From Thermoproteota archaeon (GTDB taxonomy: Archaea > Thermoproteota > Thermoprotei > Gearchaeales > Gearchaeaceae), in the NCBI GenBank assembly GCA_032249235.1, contig JAVVGF010000012.1, forward strand, positions 1 through 12,157: a DNA stretch of 12,157 nt, read 5' to 3'. The position numbers were made by a program, and so were the translations under genes. Positions 6,647-12,157 of this stretch are shown piece after piece. The notes below the pieces were generated by a model, which saw only the letters and a list, made by a program, of their open reading frames with translations, was not told the origin of the DNA and did not search any database. Numbering within the stretch: position 1 is the stretch's first letter; each line of letters opens with the position of its first letter.

Positions 6647-7336
6647 TTAATGTTTACAAATCAGAAATTTGCTAACTTGAATGGTTTTATATCCTAGACT
6701 TTTAATGAAGCTGATAGCTTTAGCCTTATTTTCTTCTGAATGGACTTCGATCATTAAGCACTTGACACCTTTTCTTAAAGTTTCTTGTAAACCTTCAAGC
6801 ACTTGCATCTCAGAACCTTCTACATCTATTTTTATTACATCTGGATTTTTTCCAATTTTTAGTAATAAATCATCTAATTTAACAACTTTTATTTTTATTC
6901 TACTTATATTATTATCAAGCCTACTTTCATCTGTCGCTATTTTACCTTTTAATTTAGGAATAAATATTCCAGTCTCTCCATTATAGTTTGAAACTGCAAT
7001 GTTTAAAGTATATGCATTCTTAATTTTATTTATTCTAAGATTAAATTTCAATAGTTTATAGTTAAAAGGATTAGGCTCAATGGATATGATTTCCTTAGCT
7101 ATTTTAGAAGCAAGTAAAGTATAGTAACCTACATGCGCGCCTACATCGATAAATAACCTTGCATCTTTTAACTCCTTTTCTAAAATCTTTGAAGCAGGTG
7201 TTTCGTATATCCCTAGCATTTGAGTTCTAGGACTTATTGGTGGAGTTAACAATATTCCATAAGGAGTTGGTATAATAATTATTGGTATATAGGTAATTAA
7301 ATTAGGAAGAATTTTATAAAAAGAAGTTAAAACCAT
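6647..7336 (-). CDS. FkbM-family methyltransferase
   Basis: 229 aa; FIDVGAHVGYYT SAM motif, IEPNP.N, IKIDVEGSE..VL.G and MIEVH. Confidence 0.9.
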   Translation of the reverse strand: MVLTSFYKILPNLITYIPIIIIPTPYGILLTPPISPRTQMLGIYETPASKILEKELKDARLFIDVGAHVGYYTLLASKIAKEIISIEPNPFNYKLLKFNLRINKIKNAYTLNIAVSNYNGETGIFIPKLKGKIATDESRLDNNISRIKIKVVKLDDLLLKIGKNPDVIKIDVEGSEMQVLEGLQETLRKGVKCLMIEVHSEENKAKAISFIKSLGYKTIQVSKFLICKH

Positions 7337-7456
7337 TATTTATTTTTGATCAATTTAAGTTATCTTTACTCAAAACAATAAGACATAATTGGCTGCATTT
7401 TACCTAAGATTTCGGGCGGATATTGCAATGATTCTAGTGTTGCAGATTTCATATCT

Positions 7457-8470
7457 TCATAAGACTTTCCTTATAGCTTCTCTGTGAAGAGGTGTCTGCC
7501 ATGCTACATATTTACCTATGCCCAGCTCTAGCTCCTTTTCTGGAGGCGGTAGGTCTATCCAGAGGTACGGGATTCTGCTGTACATGTCGCTTACCGCAAG
7601 GTTTATTTCAACCAGCTTATGCAGTAGAGATAACCTCTCCCTCGTGTAGAGCGTGTCAGGATCATCTAGCGCCTCCCTCAGCCATGCCCGCCTTTCTTCT
7701 TTCATTGAGGTTACGAATCTTCTCAAAGCTTTAGCTTCAATGATCCCTGTTATTATAACATCCACATTCCATTGCTTTCTGTACAACTCACGCAGTATGT
7801 AAGGGTTTCCTCCCGTTAGCTTCCATGCTTCTTCAAGTTGTGGCTTCGTACCTGGTATTTTCTGGTAGAGTTGTTCGAAGCCCTCTCTGTTCATGTTCCA
7901 CATGGGTAAGATCTCAGCCCACCTGTGCCTTCCTATTTCATAGCGTGTTAAGCCCTCGCTGGTCGCTACTAACACAACCATTTTTTCGTAGTTGTAGAAT
8001 GGGTGTTCTATCATGTTAAGCAAACCTTTGACATAAATTGCCGCTTTATCAAGTCCTATTGCTTGAAACACATCATCAGCCACTACTGCTACCTTCTTCC
8101 TCCTTCTCTTAAGGATTTCGCGCACGAAATCGAATACTGCCCATGCTATTCTGCCCAAAGCGTCCTCTGCCAGTGCTCTTTGGGCAAAGTCTAGAAACGC
8201 TCTTTTCACGTCCACTTCCTCCATCTCTGCTTCGAAGATTTTGTCCAGAGGGTGTAGGTAGAAGACATCGTAGCCCATCTCTTTAAGCATTGCTGCTGCT
8301 TGTAGCAGGAAGGCAGACTTTCCACAACCCTCAGGTCCGAAGATTACTACTGGATTTCCAGTGCCTCTATCAGCCCATTCCGAGACTTGACTAAGCGCCT
8401 TGTCTCTAGCTGTAAATTCAATTTGAAGATCACCAAAGCGTAGCTTTATCCTTTTCACGTTGTTACTCAA
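7457..8470 (-). CDS. Archaeal P-loop ATPase (ATPase_2-like, type common in Thermoproteales)
   Basis: 337 aa; FTARDKAL, Walker A GPEGCGKS, Walker B VVADD, VATSEG, and the LTGGNP motif of STAND-like ATPases. Confidence 0.9.
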   Translation of the reverse strand: MSNNVKRIKLRFGDLQIEFTARDKALSQVSEWADRGTGNPVVIFGPEGCGKSAFLLQAAAMLKEMGYDVFYLHPLDKIFEAEMEEVDVKRAFLDFAQRALAEDALGRIAWAVFDFVREILKRRRKKVAVVADDVFQAIGLDKAAIYVKGLLNMIEHPFYNYEKMVVLVATSEGLTRYEIGRHRWAEILPMWNMNREGFEQLYQKIPGTKPQLEEAWKLTGGNPYILRELYRKQWNVDVIITGIIEAKALRRFVTSMKEERRAWLREALDDPDTLYTRERLSLLHKLVEINLAVSDMYSRIPYLWIDLPPPEKELELGIGKYVAWQTPLHREAIRKVL

Positions 8471-8559
8471 GGTTTACATTCCAATTCATTCTGAGCACTG
8501 TTACTATTTTAGGGGTATCATGAATATAATTATGAATGGTATTCCTATTTTTTGTTTTT

Positions 8560-8705
8560 GCATGTATTTTCCATCCCTTCTTGTACCTACGTATCTTTAA
8601 CCTTTCTTTAACTTCCTCGTCTACTCTTTGCATCTCCTTCCATATCCCATCATCACAAATTATTTTTCCTTCCTCAAATGATTCTATGAGCTCATATTCA
8701 GCTGT
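8560..8705 (-). pseudogene. C-terminal remnant of a minimal nucleotidyltransferase (MNT)-like protein
   Basis: Reads TAEYELIESFEEGKIICDDGIWKEMQRVDEEVKERLKIRRYKKGWKI, resembling the 'EALEEGK.LYDDG.W...GW' tail of archaeal MNT-domain proteins. No start codon; the frame stays open to 8463. Confidence 0.5.
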
Positions 8706-9343
8706 TTATATACTAAAACCTCCGTTTATGTTTCCTCCTATAGATTTCAACTTCTTCATCTTTACCTACTGCTTCATTAAATATTTTTATCCTATCTTTT
8801 AAATGCGGATTCAATTCAATGTTTTTCTTCAGCCAGTAAAAATTGACCGGATGTGGTTCATAAGCATAAACAACTGCTGCAAAGTTTGCATAATATAACG
8901 CTGTATCTCCAACAAAAGCCCAATGTCAATAACTACCTTATCTTTTAAATCAAATCCTACGAAATGAATATCGTGAATAAAAGTTTCAGAGAAAATCAAT
9001 GGATCTACTGAATATAAGTAAAAGCGCATCTATTTGGCAAAATTAAAATTTTGTTTGGCCAATCAACACGCCAGCAATATTCGCAATTCTCTTTTGCATC
9101 TTTTAAAGGAACACTCTTATATAGCTCGTATAAAACATAAGCCAGCCTTTTTGTTTGTTTATTAAAATCTATCGTTAAACCACTTCTAAATTTCAATTTT
9201 ACTTTATCTTTAATATCTGCAAAATATAGAACTGCATTGCCAAAATTCTCGAATGATCTTACTATGTTTTCGATTTCAAAAATAAAACTAATTCTTCCTT
9301 TCAAAGAATAATATAAAGGAAGAAAAGCTTTAAATCTTTCCAT
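8706..9343 (-). pseudogene. FkbM-family methyltransferase pseudogene (three frameshifts, 3' truncated)
   Basis: Joins ORFs 9005..9343 and 8829..9029 (shift at about 9030). A shift at about 8919 restores DIGAFVGDTALYYA...YAYEPHPVNF...NIELNP. A shift at about 8742 gives IGGNINGGFSI, then a stop at 8708-8706. The K.D.EG motif is absent. 14-bp overlap with the GT4 gene end. Confidence 0.85.
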
Positions 9344-10511
9344 GAATTACATCGATTAATTTTTCATTTAATTTTGAATAAGTATTTTTTAAATTTAATT
9401 CAGATGGCATTTTTGCTTCAAAATTTAACTTATTTCTCCTTATTAAATTAATCAAATTCTTTACTTTATTAGAAATGTCTTCTTCATTATTAATATCGAA
9501 TAAAAAATTTTCATCTTTTATATATTCTCTTACATTAGGCAGATCAACAGCCAATATAGGCGTTCTGCTCATTAGATATTCAGATAACCTTATTGGGGTA
9601 TTAAAACATGATCCTAGATTTTTCAAGCTTAAAAAGAGAACTATATCGGAAGCCCTTAAGTAATGGTTCAACATCTCCTTAGAATATGGTCCCAGATACT
9701 TTACTTTTAAGCCTACTTTATTTCCTTCTTCGATTGCCTTTGAGATAAACTCTTTTCTATGAGCAACGCCTATTATCACAAGCGAAAGATTTTTCTTAAG
9801 CTCGTTTTCTAAGCTAGCAAACGTTCTTATAAATTTTAACATTGCTGAATAATTCCCTGCCCTAAAAACTCCGCTAGTTATAATTATAATCTCGTCTTTA
9901 TTCAGCCCTAGTTTTTCCCTTAATTCTTCTTTGCTTATATTGTTTCTAAATCTATTAGGGTTAACAAATTGAGGCAAAACAAATATTTTTGAATCTTTTA
10001 TTCCATAAGTCTTTAAAAAGTTCTTGGCGAAATTGTTTAGTACTAATATCAAGTTAGAAAATCTTAAAAACCTTATAGTGATTTTATCATATATCTTGTT
10101 AATTATACTCCTCTTTTCTTCTTCTTTGCCTCCAAATTCATCTAGATCTAAAATTACTTTAAAATTAAATAATATATTCATTTTGAAAATAATGGTTAGA
10201 ATATACAAAGGAATAACATTAGAAAAGAAGATAATTGCAATAGGTCTAAATTTGGCAACTAAATATACTAAAAATGGAAAACGAAATAATTGATTAATTA
10301 TAATTTTAGTTTCTAACTTTTTAAATCTAAGGAGAAATCTAACATAATTAACATGATTATCTTTTTTTATTACTATCTTAAAAGCATGATTGTGAAGAAA
10401 TCCTACATCATATACCTCGAAATCTTTACTTAAACTATCGAATAATAAATCAAGCCTATCCCACCAACCTTTTCTTGTTCCCCAAAAACTTACGTAGAAT
10501 AATCTACTCAT
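9330..10511 (-). CDS. GT4-family (GT-B) glycosyltransferase
   Basis: 393 aa; KIFVLPQFVNP..F, LREKLGL, YLRASDI and PIRLSEYLMSRTPILAVDLPNVRE (variant of the P.KL.EY.A.G.P motif). Confidence 0.88.
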   Translation of the reverse strand: MSRLFYVSFWGTRKGWWDRLDLLFDSLSKDFEVYDVGFLHNHAFKIVIKKDNHVNYVRFLLRFKKLETKIIINQLFRFPFLVYLVAKFRPIAIIFFSNVIPLYILTIIFKMNILFNFKVILDLDEFGGKEEEKRSIINKIYDKITIRFLRFSNLILVLNNFAKNFLKTYGIKDSKIFVLPQFVNPNRFRNNISKEELREKLGLNKDEIIIITSGVFRAGNYSAMLKFIRTFASLENELKKNLSLVIIGVAHRKEFISKAIEEGNKVGLKVKYLGPYSKEMLNHYLRASDIVLFLSLKNLGSCFNTPIRLSEYLMSRTPILAVDLPNVREYIKDENFLFDINNEEDISNKVKNLINLIRRNKLNFEAKMPSELNLKNTYSKLNEKLIDVIHGKI

Positions 10512-10684
10512 GATAAAAATCTCCTATTTATGGCACATATGTAAATTAGTCCTGGTCTATAGAAATCGCCAAAGTTCAATACTATAAATCCTCTTTCTTC
10601 AAGAAAATCAAAAATTTGTCTTAGATCCGTACTGATTTCGATTATAAGATATTTTGATCTAAGCATGTATTCTAACTTTAACAA
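10508..10684 (-). pseudogene. Orphan C-terminal tail of another FkbM methyltransferase
   Basis: A 58-codon frame directly after, and in frame with, the TAA of 10685..11581: LLKLEYMLRSKYLIIEISTDLRQIFDFLEERGFIVLNFGDFYRPGLIYICAINRRFLS*. Its TGA overlaps the GT4 ATG (ATGA). Confidence 0.7.
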
Positions 10685-11581
10685 TTATTTTTTAGCAAAA
10701 AAGTATCTTGTAATTCTATGTCTTATTCCTAAATCTATGATTTTAAAACCTTTGTTTTTTAAATAGTCTATGCACTTATATCTATTATTTTCAAAAGTTT
10801 CAATAAGAACACTTCTAGTAATATCCAAAGCTTTATTTGCTCCTATTAAAACTTCATATTCGCTTCCTTCAACATCAATTTTAATAAAATCAATTTTGGT
10901 TAATCCTAAACTATTTACTAACTTATCTAATGTTGTCACTTTTATCATATTTTTATGAAAATTAGATAGCTTATCAATAAGATTGATGTTTAAAGTAGCC
11001 AAGGTCATTCTGTCAGACTTATAAAAAATGCTTTTTGTTCCTTCTTCTGACCATATTCCCATATTTACGGAATATAAATTTTTGCAATTATTTAGTTTAG
11101 CATTATAAACCAACATTAAATAATTATCATATAGCGGTTCTATAGATACAATTTTACCCTTATAAGCTATTTTGCAAAAACGTATGGAATATGTTCCTAT
11201 GTAAGCCCCTATATCTATTACAATAGAATCCTTATTTAAATTAATTAGCGACAAAATATCTTCTTCTACTCTTAAGAAAACTGTAGCTTCATCATCATAA
11301 ACCCATGTTCTGACTAAAAATTTATAATCCTTAATCTTGAATATTGCATAATTTATGTTAAACATCCTTAAGAAGTGATTAATTGATAAAGGAAACAATT
11401 GGGATAATTTATAATCCATGTTACGACCAAAGGAAAGGCGTATTATTGCTCTAATAATAAACACTAAATTATAGGTTATACAAGATAAAATCACCTTTAT
11501 TAATGCGTTGCGATGGTACGGAAGTACAAGTACAGGAAATAATCTATATCTTGTTAATTTAGTATATTTTATGAATAACAT
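10685..11581 (-). CDS. FkbM-family methyltransferase
   Basis: 298 aa; VIDIGAYIGTYS, SIEPL..NY, TTLDKLV, FIKIDVEGSEYEVLIGA and VLIE. The start position is uncertain. Confidence 0.9.
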   Translation of the reverse strand: MLFIKYTKLTRYRLFPVLVLPYHRNALIKVILSCITYNLVFIIRAIIRLSFGRNMDYKLSQLFPLSINHFLRMFNINYAIFKIKDYKFLVRTWVYDDEATVFLRVEEDILSLINLNKDSIVIDIGAYIGTYSIRFCKIAYKGKIVSIEPLYDNYLMLVYNAKLNNCKNLYSVNMGIWSEEGTKSIFYKSDRMTLATLNINLIDKLSNFHKNMIKVTTLDKLVNSLGLTKIDFIKIDVEGSEYEVLIGANKALDITRSVLIETFENNRYKCIDYLKNKGFKIIDLGIRHRITRYFFAKK

Positions 11582-11854
11582 TGAAAATTTTTATAAAATT
11601 ATTTTAATTTAAGCCTTTAAACTTAAAATATTCATAGCAATCTCTTTTCTATTTTTTAAATAAGTTCTACAATCAAGGCGTAAGTTGGAGACCTATTGAA
11701 TATATTATTTTTCTTCTCTTTCCTTAAATCATGATCAAAAATCAACTTTAAAGTAATGATTTAATATTTTTATACTTACTATTCGTCAAAACTATTATAT
11801 AAAGAAATCTCATTTATTAATTCATAGGTATTATTTTGATTTTAATATGTTACA

Positions 11855-12157
11855 TTATCTCATTTTAATAATTTTTTTTATTACCGCTTTAATAGCCTTA
11901 ATATTTGAATTTCCAGCTATGAACTTTCTACATAAATAATATGTATAAATTCTATTGATTAGGTATCTAATGTCATTATCATATGTATTTTTACTTCTAT
12001 AAATAAATTCTTCTTTTATACTTCGTAAATCTATGCTATTCTGTATTTCAACCCCATTTAAAACTTTATTATAAACGTCTTCATACATCGGTATAACTTT
12101 TTTTGGATGATATTCTTTAACAGCTTTCTCTCTTCCTGCCTCGCCCATCTTAATTCT
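11855..12157 (-). CDS. C-terminal part of a GT4 glycosyltransferase (5' end outside window)
   Basis: The frame is open to the window edge; RIKMGEAGREKAVKEYHPKKVIPMYEDVYNKVL is the typical GT4 terminal helix, followed by an extension of about 65 aa. Confidence 0.8.
   Translation of the reverse strand, partial: RIKMGEAGREKAVKEYHPKKVIPMYEDVYNKVLNGVEIQNSIDLRSIKEEFIYRSKNTYDNDIRYLINRIYTYYLCRKFIAGNSNIKAIKAVIKKIIKMR

Noticed and set aside
2590-10958. Plus-strand ORFs 2590..2829, 4057..4347, 5883..6221, 6681..6986, 7492..7734, 7825..8019, 8003..8194, 8536..8802, 9475..9663, 10024..10293, 10770..10958
   Set aside because: Antisense shadows of well-supported minus-strand genes or remnants, with no recognisable motifs.
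1-12157. CRISPR array, tRNA or rRNA
   Set aside because: No regularly spaced repeats and no GC-rich structured RNA-like segment seen.

Overview
AT-rich archaeal DNA (TACK/Thermoproteota-like by protein families, TATA-box promoters and GGTGA/GAGGGG ribosome-binding sites; lineage is inference). Almost all genes are on the minus strand. The left half (1-6217) is a dense toxin-antitoxin island: five tandem antitoxin-PIN (vapBC-type) pairs, of which three are intact and two have an intact antitoxin with a broken toxin. It also holds a retropepsin-like protease, a coiled-coil membrane-anchored protein and the 5' end of an archaeal ATPase. The right half (6470-12157) is the distal end of a surface-glycan locus (two GT4 glycosyltransferases, several FkbM methyltransferases) interrupted by a GC-rich archaeal P-loop ATPase. 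Reading between the called ORFs reveals many gene remnants that the ORF track misses. The most unusual is a doubly frameshifted plus-strand gene (4392-4766) resembling an ADP-ribosyltransferase-fold/Ntox10/TNT-like NAD-active toxin, placed divergently from a vapBC pair. No RNA genes, CRISPR array, transposase or integrase were recognised. All family calls come from motif recognition by eye; no database search was run.
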